Assembly (NCBI GenBank): GCA_022605425.2
Contig: JAKIMF020000001.1
Coordinates: forward strand, 1,116,001-1,180,000
Direction: 5' to 3'
Origin: Hamiltosporidium tvaerminnensis FI-OER-3-3
Lineage: Eukaryota > Fungi > Microsporidia
Length of the DNA: 64,000 nucleotides
The first letter of the stretch is position 1, and each line of letters starts with the position of its first letter. The translations under genes were made by a program, and so were the position numbers. Below, in pieces: positions 26,801-39,297 of this stretch. The notes beneath the pieces were generated by a model. It had not been told where the DNA came from. It was given only the letters and a program-made list of their open reading frames with translations, and did not search any database.

Positions 26801-27706
26801 GTATAAAGTTATTCACATTTTTAGAAAAAATCTTTTAATTTAAAAAGTATAAAATTCCATGTTATTCTAATAAAAATGTTTTATGCCATTATTATTGAGA
26901 ATATAAATATATTACACAGAAGAATGGTAGAAAAACATCAATATTATCATAAATTTTTTATGTATCTGATAATTCTTAGAAAATAAATCTCCACCAAGTG
27001 ATTTAATTTTTTCAAAACGAAATACTTTAGAAAATGAAAAAATATATTTATTTGTTTTTACTTTCATATTAATATAGTCTAGAAAGGATTTTTACAATTT
27101 TTATTGCAAATATTTTTTTGAAGCAATGAATCTTTTTAATTGTTTTATGTTTGGTTCTACTCACTATTATTGGTTGCATAAGATTTATGAACAAATAGAA
27201 AGAGACATATCTTAATTAGAGCACGCATATTGGGGTTATATTATTTTAACCATTAAACATTTAGAGGTGAGTTGTCGTTGGGACATTACCGAATTATATA
27301 AATGATATGAGGATTAAATTATGCATATCGTTATGGCTCCCAAAATATTAAATTAAATTTATGGATCACAGTTTTCAATTTTATAACTAACACATGTTTA
27401 GTATATTATAATAAATCTGTGGATTTAATATTTTATACTTTCAATTATAATCAAAATTTTACGAAAAATATAAATTCATTTATATTACCAATCTCAATCA
27501 TTCTTTTTGTCTACAAATTTCTCTGCTTTTAATTTATAAATATTTATTTAAAATTTTTCAGTTTAAAGCCTTCATCTAGAAATGTTTTTTTCTTTCCAAA
27601 CAAACAAAAATTTTACTTTCCTTAATAAAATCCAAAAGGTTATGTTATATTTTACTTACCCATTTATACTATTTAGATTTAAATACTTATACATCACAAT
27701 CCCTAA

Positions 27707-28258
27707 ATGTTAATATTTACATATACAAATAGTACAAAATTCAAAATACTAGATAATCTTGTATATGAAAACAATATATTTATAAATTGTCCTATAAAAT
27801 TAAAATATCCAACTATTCATTTTATAGATAAAGACAGTAAGAATGTTAAAGAATGCGATTTTCTATGTATTTTTAGTGAAAATATGTTGTATGAAAATTT
27901 TAAAAATTTAATAATAAATTATTCAGGAGTTGTAATAACAAGGGATAAAAATAATTTTGAGAGCTTTTTTGATGTAATTCTAGATACTAAAGATTATAGA
28001 GAATATGATGATACTTTTATTAAATATGAATATAAAAATACTTCTTTTATATGTAAATTTGGTTTAAATGATGTGAAGGAAAGTTATAATGGAAAAAAAG
28101 AAGATAATTCATTTGTAGGTAAGGCAATTGAAGATAATATCGAAGTAGATCATAATAGAAGAAAAAATGGCTTTTTAGATACAAAATTCCAAGAACTGAA
28201 AATGGAAAAAGACAATGATTCTTTAAAAAATATTTTAAAAAGATTTTCTAATCAATAA
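27707..28258 (+). CDS. Hypothetical protein (183 aa)
   Basis: Clean ORF with a CCCTAAATG start context, convergent with the mevalonate kinase gene. No family recognised. Confidence 0.7.
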   Translation: MLIFTYTNSTKFKILDNLVYENNIFINCPIKLKYPTIHFIDKDSKNVKECDFLCIFSENMLYENFKNLIINYSGVVITRDKNNFESFFDVILDTKDYREYDDTFIKYEYKNTSFICKFGLNDVKESYNGKKEDNSFVGKAIEDNIEVDHNRRKNGFLDTKFQELKMEKDNDSLKNILKRFSNQ

Positions 28259-28456
28259 ATATTTTATAAAAAATGTAAAAAAATTGATTTCAAATTAAAT
28301 ATTTTAATAATAAAAAAGTAAAGAGTAAAGAGTAAAGAAATCTAAAGTTCAATGAAGGTTTCTTTGATTACTTATAAAATTATCTTTTAAGTAAAATTGA
28401 ACTATTAATTATATTATTTTTATAAATAAACTAAAAAATTTTGATTAAAAAATATT

Positions 28457-29386
28457 TTATTCGCACGAATTTGAGAATTGAACACCATCATCTACTATTT
28501 TTACTTCTTCCCAACCTTCGAAACTAATATTATTTTCAACGATTGTAAATAAATGCCCTCCGTGACCTGCTCCAGTTATTTTACCTTCTACACCACGTTT
28601 CCTTATTTTCAATAATTCATTCTTCATGGATTCTGGACACGCACCTAAAATTTCAAGTAATTCTTGGTTTCTTCTTATGAGTGGATATATTTCTGGTAGT
28701 AAAAATTCTCTTGAAATAATTCTCGCTGCTTTATCAGAAATCTGAGACATTTCTTCCAAAATCAAATCTTTATTTATATTTACTGGGCATTTTTTTACCA
28801 CATTGGCTACATTTCTGGTTATTTTGCTGTCAAAAATTAAAATTTTATACCTTTTTAAATATTTCGAATCAACTTTTTCGATTTCTTTATCCTTAAAACA
28901 CAAAAGTCCACCATAAAAGCATGCTGCTACATCCACACCAGATGATTTTCCATGAAAAATATTCTCAATAAAAATTGAATTCTCAAAAACTTCTTTTTCT
29001 TCAATTTCAAAAGCCTTATTACATTTATTTTCTTCCGTAATATTTTGAGATATAAAATTTTCCTTATTTAAATCGTATTTTTCACTTAAATATTTACCAC
29101 TTGAAAGTAAAACAGAAATAACCGCACTCGAACCCAAACCACATCCAAATCGTAAGTTTAAAAATATTGAAATATCATTTTTTGGTAGAATTTCTCCAGT
29201 TATTTCCTTCATATTACATTCTCTGCCATTAATATCTGTACATGTAATTGTTCCTGTTCCGTTTCTTATTTCAGCGTATCCTTTTTTGTTTATCGCTGCT
29301 ACTATACAAAGAGATCCCTTTAGTACAGCATATTCACCAAACAAAATTAATTTCGCTGGTGCAGATATTTTAAGATTTTTAGTCAT
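28457..29386 (-). CDS. ERG12: Mevalonate kinase (GHMP family)
   Basis: Motifs SAPAKLILFGEYAV, GCGLGSSA, HGKSSGVD and KITGAGHGG. Confidence 0.92.
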   Translation of the reverse strand: MTKNLKISAPAKLILFGEYAVLKGSLCIVAAINKKGYAEIRNGTGTITCTDINGRECNMKEITGEILPKNDISIFLNLRFGCGLGSSAVISVLLSSGKYLSEKYDLNKENFISQNITEENKCNKAFEIEEKEVFENSIFIENIFHGKSSGVDVAACFYGGLLCFKDKEIEKVDSKYLKRYKILIFDSKITRNVANVVKKCPVNINKDLILEEMSQISDKAARIISREFLLPEIYPLIRRNQELLEILGACPESMKNELLKIRKRGVEGKITGAGHGGHLFTIVENNISFEGWEEVKIVDDGVQFSNSCE

Positions 29387-29879
29387 TTTTTAACGGTTGT
29401 AGTTTTTTAATTAAATTTCTGATAAATTTTATTTCTTCTTTAAGAAATTATAATTTATTTGTAAAATAAATATAAAATCTTATATGAAAAAGGAAATATT
29501 AAAAAAATAATTTATTCCTATAAAATCTTCTTTGAGGATTATTAGGACTTGAATGATTTTTGAATTGGTTTGAATATTAAAACGACGAATTAGTTTTACT
29601 ATAATAATAGAAGTTAAACATATAATATATTTTAAAACCGAACGAACCCTTTCTATACACTAGATTCATCTTCCAGAACTGAATCTATTAATTCTAATTG
29701 AATAATCTGGATATAAGAAATTTAAAACAGAAGAATAAGTAAAAAAATAGAATTTTCTATTTGAGGTAAAATGATTCAAAGCTACAAAAATAATTTATAG
29801 CTAAGATAAAATTTAAATTTATAAGATTACATTCTAATTAATAAAGTAACATATATTCTAAATATTTTCGTTTTTTATA

Positions 29880-30360
29880 TGTTTTTTTAGACTAAATCCA
29901 CCATTTATTTATATACAACCAGTCATCTTCAATATTATATCTTAATGTTCCTTTTTAGGTCGCTTTACCTTCAATAAAGCTTAAAATTTTATTTATTTGC
30001 TTGCTTTTGTCTTTCGTTAAATTATTAATTTAATGAGTATCGATCCTTCGTGTGTTTATGTTTTCTGTATTACACCCACTGTCAAAATTTTCCAGCTCTA
30101 ATATACATTTGGTCTTGGCTCAAATCTCTTTGTGGATCAAAAGAAATAATTTTGACTGTATATATGCCTCTATTATAATTTGTGCCAAGGATTCATATTT
30201 TTATATAGCAATACTCTCTCAGGTCATACATAAGGAATTATCTCAACACCACATTTATAAATAAGACCTAACTCATTGGCTAATATATCGTAATTCTTCG
30301 GTTTTGAGTTTTAACACTTTGAAGTGAATCTTGTAAAATAATTACGAACTCGATAATTTT
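29880..30360 (-). mobile_element. Duplicated 3' fragment of the R4/Dong-like element
   Basis: Inverted duplicate of 1860-2340. Confidence 0.75.
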
Positions 30361-30483
30361 AATTGTGTTTGATTTCTTATTTATGCAAATTATTAATAAA
30401 TAATATAAAAATTAATTTATAGGTTACTTTCTCTGCATTTTTTTTATAAAAAAATATATTTCGACATTTAATTAATAATTTCT

Positions 30484-30496
30484 CCCTATAAAGATG
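30484..30496 (+). promoter_or_regulatory. Microsporidian CCC-like start-proximal motif (representative instance)
   Basis: CCCTATAAAGATG here. Similar CCC triplets lie just upstream of the ATGs at 1726, 15524, 27707, 32688, 48308, 58770 and 63721, which is conspicuous in such AT-rich DNA. Confidence 0.7.
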
Positions 30497-31336
30497 AAAT
30501 CACCAGAAAAGCTTTCAAAAGAATTATTTATTCAAAATTTACATGGGAAGTACAACAAATATGTAAATTTTAAATTGGATAAAAATATTTTTTACAATGA
30601 TGAAGACAAATATAGATCAACGAATTTGAACGAATTTCTTATACCAGATATTATTGTAGAAGAACATATTGTATTAAGAAAGATAGAAGCTCGTAATATT
30701 TATAAAATATCTGAAGATTTCAATACTGAAGTGATTATTTTAGATGAAGATGTAGAAATCATTGTTGTTGCTATCAAAGGAACCAAATATAATATCAGAA
30801 AGACAATTGAAGAATTGTTTAAAAGAAATGTTGAAAAATATAATTTTGGGGTAGAAAAAACTTTAGAAATAGTTGTATCTCGTGAGAAATGGGGATATAT
30901 TACAGGTAAAAATGGAAATGCGTTAAACGAGATACAAAAAAATACATCCACAAAAATTATTTTATCTAAAGCTTCCGATACAGAAAATAAGATTATAGTT
31001 ATTACAGGAAATGAAGAAAATTGTTTTCAAGCCAAAGAAATGATTTTATCAAATATTTATTTTTCCTTTTCATCACAAAAGCAGAATTCATATAAAATTA
31101 TAATTCCAGAAAAAATGGCTTTATATTTATTAGCAAGAAAAGCGGAAGAATTTAAAATTTTACAGGTCAAAGTACCTTCTAAAATATTTATTGAACCAAC
31201 ATATATTTCTACAAATGATACAAGAAGAGCGCTTGTGATTTCAGGAAATTATGAAAATTTTAAAAAAACCAAAGAAACTATTCTTGAATATTTTAAAGAT
31301 AAAATTTCGTTAAATGATATTGAAATTTTAGAATAG
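30494..31336 (+). CDS. KH-domain RNA-binding protein, copy 2
   Basis: The protein is identical to copy 1 except at residue 10 (E vs N). Confidence 0.85.
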   Translation: MKSPEKLSKELFIQNLHGKYNKYVNFKLDKNIFYNDEDKYRSTNLNEFLIPDIIVEEHIVLRKIEARNIYKISEDFNTEVIILDEDVEIIVVAIKGTKYNIRKTIEELFKRNVEKYNFGVEKTLEIVVSREKWGYITGKNGNALNEIQKNTSTKIILSKASDTENKIIVITGNEENCFQAKEMILSNIYFSFSSQKQNSYKIIIPEKMALYLLARKAEEFKILQVKVPSKIFIEPTYISTNDTRRALVISGNYENFKKTKETILEYFKDKISLNDIEILE

Positions 31337-31641
31337 CGAATCAAATTATAAAATGAAATAAAAATTATTTTTTTTTACCGGTTTTAAGGAAAATACAAAT
31401 GTTAAAAATATTTCATCGACTAACAATTTTAGCATTTTTATAAAAGTAAGTTTTTATAAGAAATTCGATAATAAAAATTACTGTTGATTTAATTTATACC
31501 TAAAAACGTACCAAAGTTCAAAGAAATGTTAAATATATTTTAATATCAATGATTATATATCAATAATTATATTTTATTGGTTTTTATTTTCTTGAATTCT
31601 TTATCATTCATATAAAATATTTCTATTTCTGGATATAATAA

Positions 31642-32688
31642 CTAAAGTCTTAATTTAGAACAATATTCTTCTAAAATGCCAATACTTATTAAAAAATCTA
31701 TTAAATTTAGAAATTCAAAGTACGAAATTCTATCTAAATTTAAAATTTTAAATTTTAAATCAAACTTTTCAAATAAAATATTTTTACTAAGAATATCAGA
31801 ATCTTGAAAACAAAAAAGTAAAATTTTCGAATATAAATTTAAATTCTCTAAATATTTATAATACAATGGGTTATACATAGATTTCATTGTATTATCTACA
31901 TCAAAAATTGTTATCAATTCGGATTTGGCTTTGATAGATTTTAATCGTTTTGTACTTTTTTTTACAATATCTTGATTGGTTTCAGAATTAATCTGATCTA
32001 AAATGTGTTCTACTTTTCTAATATCCCCACTCACTGCACTAATTCTCTTACTCAATAAATCAATAGAATTTTTTTCAAATTTCCTTTTTGAATCTAACGA
32101 TTTAATTTTCTTATCTAAAATTATTTTAGATTCAATTATTTTATTTATTTTTTCGTGTGTATAAGGTTTAAAATATATTCTATCCGTACCCAATCTACTA
32201 TTAACTTTGGCTTCAAATAATTTCTCAGGTAGATTTAACGTATTTGCTATAACAATAATTAATAATTTTGATGACATATTTTTGCTTTCAATATAAGGTA
32301 AATCAAATATATTATACAATAGTTCTTGTTTTGGAGTTATTAATAAATCTATTTCATCTAAAACCATAATATGGTGTTTTTTGCAGGATAAAAAGTGTGT
32401 TTGTAATGTTTTTAAAAAACCTTGTTTTTGATTTAATTTCATACAACTTGTATTTCGTAAAATATTTAAATAAATGCTATTTTTGGTTTTTAAATGTCCA
32501 CAATTAATATAAAGATATTCAAACACATTTTTCTGTTTTATATTTTTTAATAACTTTGTAACCGTATATGTTTTTCCTGATCCCGGAACACCACTAACAT
32601 ATATCGATTTTCCTATTCCAGATTTTATAAAATCTGTTATGTAATCTTTTAATATATTATATTCTTCTTCTCGTGAAACAACTGACAT
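31642..32688 (-). CDS. ORC1: ORC1/CDC6-family AAA+ ATPase, copy 2, 25 aa shorter at the C-terminus through a nonsense change
   Basis: Walker A YVSGVPGSGKT, Walker B VLDEID, and ANTLNLPEK (closer to ORC1 ANTMDLPER than to CDC6). TAG at 31644-31642 where copy 1 has AAG. Confidence 0.85.
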   Translation of the reverse strand: MSVVSREEEYNILKDYITDFIKSGIGKSIYVSGVPGSGKTYTVTKLLKNIKQKNVFEYLYINCGHLKTKNSIYLNILRNTSCMKLNQKQGFLKTLQTHFLSCKKHHIMVLDEIDLLITPKQELLYNIFDLPYIESKNMSSKLLIIVIANTLNLPEKLFEAKVNSRLGTDRIYFKPYTHEKINKIIESKIILDKKIKSLDSKRKFEKNSIDLLSKRISAVSGDIRKVEHILDQINSETNQDIVKKSTKRLKSIKAKSELITIFDVDNTMKSMYNPLYYKYLENLNLYSKILLFCFQDSDILSKNILFEKFDLKFKILNLDRISYFEFLNLIDFLISIGILEEYCSKLRL

Positions 32689-32899
32689 GGGTATTTATAT
32701 ATATTTATGATACTTATCATTTTTTCGCTATATTTTAAGCCGGGACTGGAGATTTTAAAAAAGTATTATAAAAATAAGTTTTATATATTTTAAAAGTAAA
32801 AGATTATGAAGGAGGATTTATTATTTAGATACTGGATTCGGTTTATTAAGATATTTATCGCTGAATGTAATACAAAATATAAAAAAACGGCCAAAAGTA

Positions 32900-34250
32900 T
32901 TCAACGCTTCGATATCTCTGCCTATTATCTGCTTGTTCGAATTTGAAAAAAAAAGAATTTGGTTTAATATTAGCATATAAAAGGTTTGGCAGCTTTAGAT
33001 ATGTAAACTATAAATGAAAAAATTTGGAGGAGAGCTCTATAGTGTTGTTCTCCGAGGTGAAAATATGAATTTGAAATTCTAAGATTTCCAAAAAAAAGTA
33101 AATATCAATTTCAAGACAACGATTCTCAATTGAAAAACAAAAATAAACTCTATCTTGCACAAATGAAATGCTTCATAAAACTAAAATATAAGTTCGAAGA
33201 AGATTCAATAAAATGAACTGAGAAGAGACTAGTTAGCAAAATTATTAACGAAATAAATTAAAATTGTATTCATAGTTATAAATGCAAGAAAGAAATAGCT
33301 TGTGAGTCCTAGTGACTCTTCCAGACAGCAAACGAAAAAAGTAGCATTAGTAAAAGTAATGAAGGGCTTTTCTGTCAAATCTTAGATAAAATTTATTTTA
33401 GAGAAGTAGAATGAGATTGAAAAGACTACAATGAATCTTTTAAATCACTAATTCATTTTACGAAAAGATTTTAGATTAGGCTCAGACACGACACAAGACA
33501 TAATGAAGTGGTATATGACCAACTTGCACCTTTAAACGATACATGTTCGGGTTTAAAAAACGAATTAAGAGTAAGATTCATAGTAAATAAGAAATTCTTT
33601 AAAATGTTTATGAATAAATAGGTTTTGGGTTCTGAATTATCCTCGATGTAGAATTCTGAAGCATAGAACGAATCTAATATTTTAACTAGCAAATTATATG
33701 AAAGCACCAAAACACGAGAAAATATATTATATATTCACTTTGGATGGTTAAAATCGAAAAAAACAAGTAAGTATGATCAAAGAGAAAAAATTTTAGGTCT
33801 TGTAAATGAATTTGGGACTATGGTAATATTATATATGATAAACTGGCACGAGGTTGTACAAAATACCCCGTGATATACTTTAAAAACTACAAATATCTTT
33901 CAAAAAAGAATAGCCAGTAAATAGTGCATAAGAAGAATATCGTAAATTTTCTTTGTTCGATACTGAAGACCTGTGTCAGAAATAAATCCATAAGAGAGTT
34001 TTGCAGATGTGTAGAGGATGTTATAACAGGAGGCGTGAACATATGGAACAAATACCTTCATATAAACAAGCAAGCGATGAAGAAGGAATGTTAAACGTCT
34101 AAAATTAAAAGCTAACAAATACTTATTTTAGATAAAGTAACCAAAGTAAATGTAAATCAAACCTCAGATTTAGAGCAAGAAAGTAAAATATAAAGAGTTA
34201 AAAGAAAAATATACAAATGATACAATACTTTGCCACCCTAAATTTTTACT
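32900..34250 (+). mobile_element. Highly degenerate 3' half of the R4/Dong-like element
   Basis: GCTTGTGAGTCCTAGTGACTCTTC (~33298) and AGACATAATGAAGTGGT (RHNEV, ~33496) are collinear with the intact copy. Confidence 0.75.
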
Positions 34251-34942
34251 AAATTGCATTTCATAAAATTTTCGAAAAAATATTTTTATGATAAACAAAA
34301 TATCTAATATGAAAAAATAAATTAATATATCTATATTTTCTTTATTGAAACCACAATTTCAAAATTATTTATATTTTTTGTTTTATAATTTTTTAATCCC
34401 GAATTTACGTAATCTGGTTTCTTTTCACAAGTTATTCGGAAGTTCTTTTCTTTCCAACGCTGTGTCACCGAATCCAGATTACCGTTTTATTAACTAAAGT
34501 ATTCATTGTTTTCTCCCACTGCTCTTATTTCCTAATCTGTTCCGCTTGCTTATGATGAAAATTTTTTTAAGATTTTGTATTCATTATTTTTATTCCTATC
34601 ATTTTATTGAAAAATGAAGAAATTAATATGTTGGGTGTTTTTTTAATTGAAATTATCTTTTTTATCAGTATGTCTTGTTTGTTAGTCCGTTTCTGCTCAA
34701 CGTTCATATTATAAAAATTTCTTGACTAGCTCTCATTGATACGTTTTCATGGCTTAATACACACGTTTAATTATAATATATCGTTTCAGCTCTTCCTTTC
34801 CGTATCCTGTTAAACTATATCTCCATTCATATTGAAATTACATTTTATGTATAAATTTATATTTCAAAATGATTTTGCATAAACTTGGGGAAAATATTTG
34901 TTGAAAGTATAATTATATTTGTTGTACAGAACATTTATATTG

Positions 34943-35660
34943 TAAGAAGAAGGAGTATATCCACATACAAAACTTTGTGATTAGCAATTATTTGATAAAA
35001 TTCATGTGAAGTCATCATTTATATTTTTGATCGGATTATAACCACCCCAAATTCTTGGTTGATTCGTTCGAATTTGTAAAAGGAAACGGATATATAAAAT
35101 GATCAAATATTTTCTCATTAATTATTTTTTGGTTTTTTTTGTAAATAGATTGAAAACTACGTCTGAAATTGTAACGAATGCCAGGAAAAAATATTCGAAA
35201 CATAGTCTTTCTACTCAAGTTAGAGGAATTGGCGCCTAAGGATACAAAAAACCATACATTGTATGGGGTCAGAAAAGCTTAGAAGCAGGTTATGTCCAGT
35301 AACATGTCATTTCCAACCAAAAATAGACCCCTGTAAGTATCCGAAATATATCTTGACTGGAAGTTATTTCAATTCAGTAAGTTTAGATTAAATGAAATTG
35401 CTGCTGTATTTCGGAAGAGCAATATTTCAATTTATAATAGCAGTTCATACAACAGAAATTAATGATCTTTGGCAACTGCCTCGCCTATTTAATTAGTTCT
35501 ACGCAATAAATTTTGAAAAAACTTGGGATATAGGTATCAATAGGTATCGCTGGAAGGTTTGAGAAGCGGTTATCAATACTGAAAACCAGAAAAGCGTTAA
35601 AATTATGAAGAACAAATACAACTTACCCTTTATAGAAATTGATATTTTAAAATAAAAAAA
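34943..35660 (+). repeat. Degenerate second copy of the ~730-nt structured element
   Basis: Collinear with the reverse complement of 6498-7230 along its length, e.g. CCACATACAAAACTTT, AGCAGGTTAT, GAAATATATCTT, GGCAACTGCCTCGCCTA, GCGTTAA...ATGAA. Confidence 0.8.
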
Positions 35661-36629
35661 AATCTAAAAAAATTGTTTTTAACTTTCATAAAATTTTTAA
35701 TTTATACGGAACTTTCAGTTTTACATGTGGCAATTTCATAAAGAGTTTTTATTTCCTAATAAAACAATTGAATAGCCTCTAAAACAGACGCAGTTCTCGC
35801 GTAAAAAAACACTAATATAATTTCTTTCAAAATTTATATGATTTAAAAGTTGTAATGATCTGCTGGATTGTGTTTTGATTAGTGGAAAATTCAGAATAGA
35901 AAAGGGTTAGAGAGTCAAGAAAATACGGCATTATATATTCAAAAACATTTTTTTTGCAATAGAAAATATATCTAAATTTGGAAAAAAATAATTTTATCTG
36001 ATTGTTAAATTAATACCACAATTCCAATGCTTATTGAGAGTTTTAATTTATAAAACCCTTTAATCACAATTTGTTGTAATCTAGTTGCAATTAACAGTTA
36101 GTTGGAAATATTTTCCAAGACTGTCTATGGCGACAGATTACCGTTTTATTTAGATTATTTAGTATGAAACTTTTTTTCTCTCCGCTCATGTAAATATATT
36201 TTGCCTTGTTTACTTATAAAGTACACTTTTTAAATTTGAAGACAGTGCATTGATTTCGATATTTTTATTTAAATTTACGGGCTAAAAATTTATGTATTTG
36301 TTTGAGTTGAATTTAACTTCTTATTCGAATGTATGAATTGTCAGTTCCTTCTGCGTGTTACATTATCATCAATGACCATCCTTTTGCACCTATTGCTACA
36401 TAATTCTGACTTTAATATCGTCTGAACTAAAATAACGTTTCGGAGTTTACTATGAGCATCCAGTTTGATTGTGCCTCTATTTCATCAATATACAATTATA
36501 ATATTTTTATAACAAAAAATATATAGCGCAATAAATTTAAAGAGAACAGTTATTTTAATGTCAAATTACATTCGAAGTAGCTAAGTTCCTATTTCAGAGA
36601 AATATTTATATAAAATGGGTTGTAGGTTT

Positions 36630-39290
36630 AAATTTTTAAAGAAAAAGTTACGATGTATGAAAGTAAGGAAGCAATTTCGAAAATAATCGTAGTTTAGCTG
36701 CTCTGCTGTGGGTTTTCTAGTAGCTTATTTGAGCTTGTTGAATCTGAGCATTTGGTTAACCGTGAAGAAATCGTGAGTTTTTGGTCTACAATGTGGAACA
36801 AAGATAATGGCACAGGCACGGATGATAATTATTTGATTCCCTCTGTATCAGATAACCATCTGGATATGTTTCCTTCACTTAATGAAATGGAAATATCATT
36901 AATTGGCTTATTAATTAGAAAGCTGCTAAAATTGATGGCATTTGCAATTTTTTTTATCAAGAAACTTAGAACTCTTCATAAATATCTATATGATATTGTG
37001 GAAGTTTTATGTTTAAAACCACTTCAAGCCGAATTTTTTACCGTAGTCTTTCGTATTTGATACCAAAAGAAATTCTACAAAAAGGCTCTTACTACAGGTC
37101 AATCACTTGTATGCTCAACTCTATAATAGAACAATAAAGTGTGTAGAGAAAGTCTTTGTTTTTAAATAGGAAAAACTAAGGTTTTTTTCAGATAACCAGT
37201 TAAGAGAATTGAGAGGAGTGCAAGGGGCAAAAGAGCAGGTCTTACTGAACATTTCCTTGAACAACAGTGTTTAAACAGTCTTAAAGCCACGTAGATGATG
37301 TAAAAAAAGCTTTTGATTCAATTAATCATGCTTATTTTACTCAATGTATCGAAAACTTTAATTTACCTGCTTAGATTCTGAAATTTAACCAGGTAATTAT
37401 ATAAAAGAGAAATAAATATATCAGTATAGCCTGAAAAAAACATGAACAAGACAATGAAGAGATTTTGCAAACCGAAAGTTCGTCACTATTGTTGTTTATG
37501 TTGTATATAGATCATTTGAGCCGAAATATTAACGAGAAATACACAAAAATGAAAATACAAACGAAAGCAGAATCATACTTACTAATCATACCTTGTTTAT
37601 GTATGATATTAAGCTCCTTGCTTGAGACACCGCTATATTGAGTGCTATTACAAGTGAGGGAAAATAATTTTTAAAGCACATCTGTTTAGAGATTAATAAA
37701 GAGAAATCAGCCACAAATGATATGTGTTGCGAAGATTCTTCAACTCTTCTAAAAGATTTTGGAGTTTATAAATCTTCCAGAATAGTGGATGACGCCCAAA
37801 GTAATCAAATGCTTAGTTCATTTGAAGAAGTACAAAGCTGCTTATATCAAGGTTAAAAATATTGTCACGCTTGATTAAACGCAGAAAATTCATTTTCTGC
37901 AATTTATCAACATGTAATAACGTTGAAAAATAAAAAATAGAAGTACTTCGACTCCAACTAGCGACTTCATTAAATTGGATGATGTGGTGCCTGTGGTTTT
38001 AGTAAAAAATAAGATACATCTTCGCCCAGGATGTCAAGAGAGTTTTTACCTTTAGAACAGAACTCGGAAGAGGCTTATATAGTCTAGAATAGCGAAGCGA
38101 GCATATGCTGTTGCGACTCTTAGTTTTCTGGAAAAAAAAGTAAAGAAATATCGACTAGACAAGCAGAAAATCTAAGGTGAAAAATACTAATAAAGCCCAC
38201 TTTACTCCAATTAAAAGCTTTCGAGAGGCAAAGTATAGTTAAAAGAGGAAGTCACTAAGAAAAATTTAGAAAGAGCAGAATTTGAAAAGTTATATAACGA
38301 AATAGAAGAACGAAGACTTAACTCGGAGTTATATAATGCAAGAAAAAACGAGCTTGTAAGCGTATGTGACTCTTCAAGATGGCTAAAGAAAGAGCAAATT
38401 TGGCGGTGCTTAAGCAGTGTTTTGCTATATCTAGGATAAATTAGTATTATGAGGAGCAGATGGTATTTACCAACACTGTAATAAATCCGGTAAAACTGTA
38501 TATCACTTATCGACACGATGTAAATAAATGCTCGGTAATAACTATACTAGATGGTATAATGAAGTGGTTAGATGCATACACCTAGTCCTACTAAATAGAT
38601 ATAAATTCGAGCTTTAAACCGAATAAGAAGTCACTAGTTCAAGAAATTCTTGAAAACAAGTAGGCAGAGATAAGAGTAGACACCTGAATATAAACTGATG
38701 TCAAAATTCGGTGTAATAGCCACGACATATTATTTTAGACAAAAATAAAAGTAAACATTATTCATCGAAATAGGAATCAGTTCTCAAGATTTGCTTCAAA
38801 TAGCTTAAACTGAAGAACCAAGGAAATATAATATGTTATCAAACTAGTTAAGTCTTGTTTATAAATTTAAGTTAGAGATAATCGCTTATGTGATTTCTTG
38901 GGGTGGTGAGCAACCACCACAAGCCTTACCCCAAAAGACTGCAAACGCCCATGAATATATAGGCATAGATCTACACGATAGTACCTAAGAATTCAGTTGA
39001 AGCAATTTCTTTTGATCGACTAAGAAGACTTGATTCGAGACCAAATGTCGAAGAGAGTGACAAAGGGTGTTATTAAAAGAGGAGAGAAGCATGTGGAACC
39101 AACACCCTTTACAACAGCCAATTATCAAGCAAGATGGTGTTAAAGATTTTAAAACATAAGTAATCGACTCCTAATTTCAGATGCGGGAACTATAAGTGGA
39201 ACCGAAGATAAGCATAAATGAAGAGTTTATGGTAGAAGAAGACAAAATAGTTGTATAGAGATAGAAGAAAATATAGAAAAGTGTGAAAAT
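36630..39290 (+). mobile_element. 5'-truncated degenerate R4/Dong-like element
   Basis: ORF 36752 (VNREEIVSFWSTMWNK) and continuous similarity up to the element's stop codon near 39275. Confidence 0.9.
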
Positions 39291-39297
39291 TGTTGTA

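Larger units (their letters stand above)
29720..32218. repeat. Right arm of the inverted segmental duplication (partner 1-~2500)
   Basis: Near-identical reverse complement of the window start. It may extend past 32218, where the partner sequence leaves the window. Confidence 0.95.

Noticed and set aside
28317-28338. Short tandem repeat (AGTAAAG)x3
   Set aside because: Trivial slippage repeat between convergent genes.
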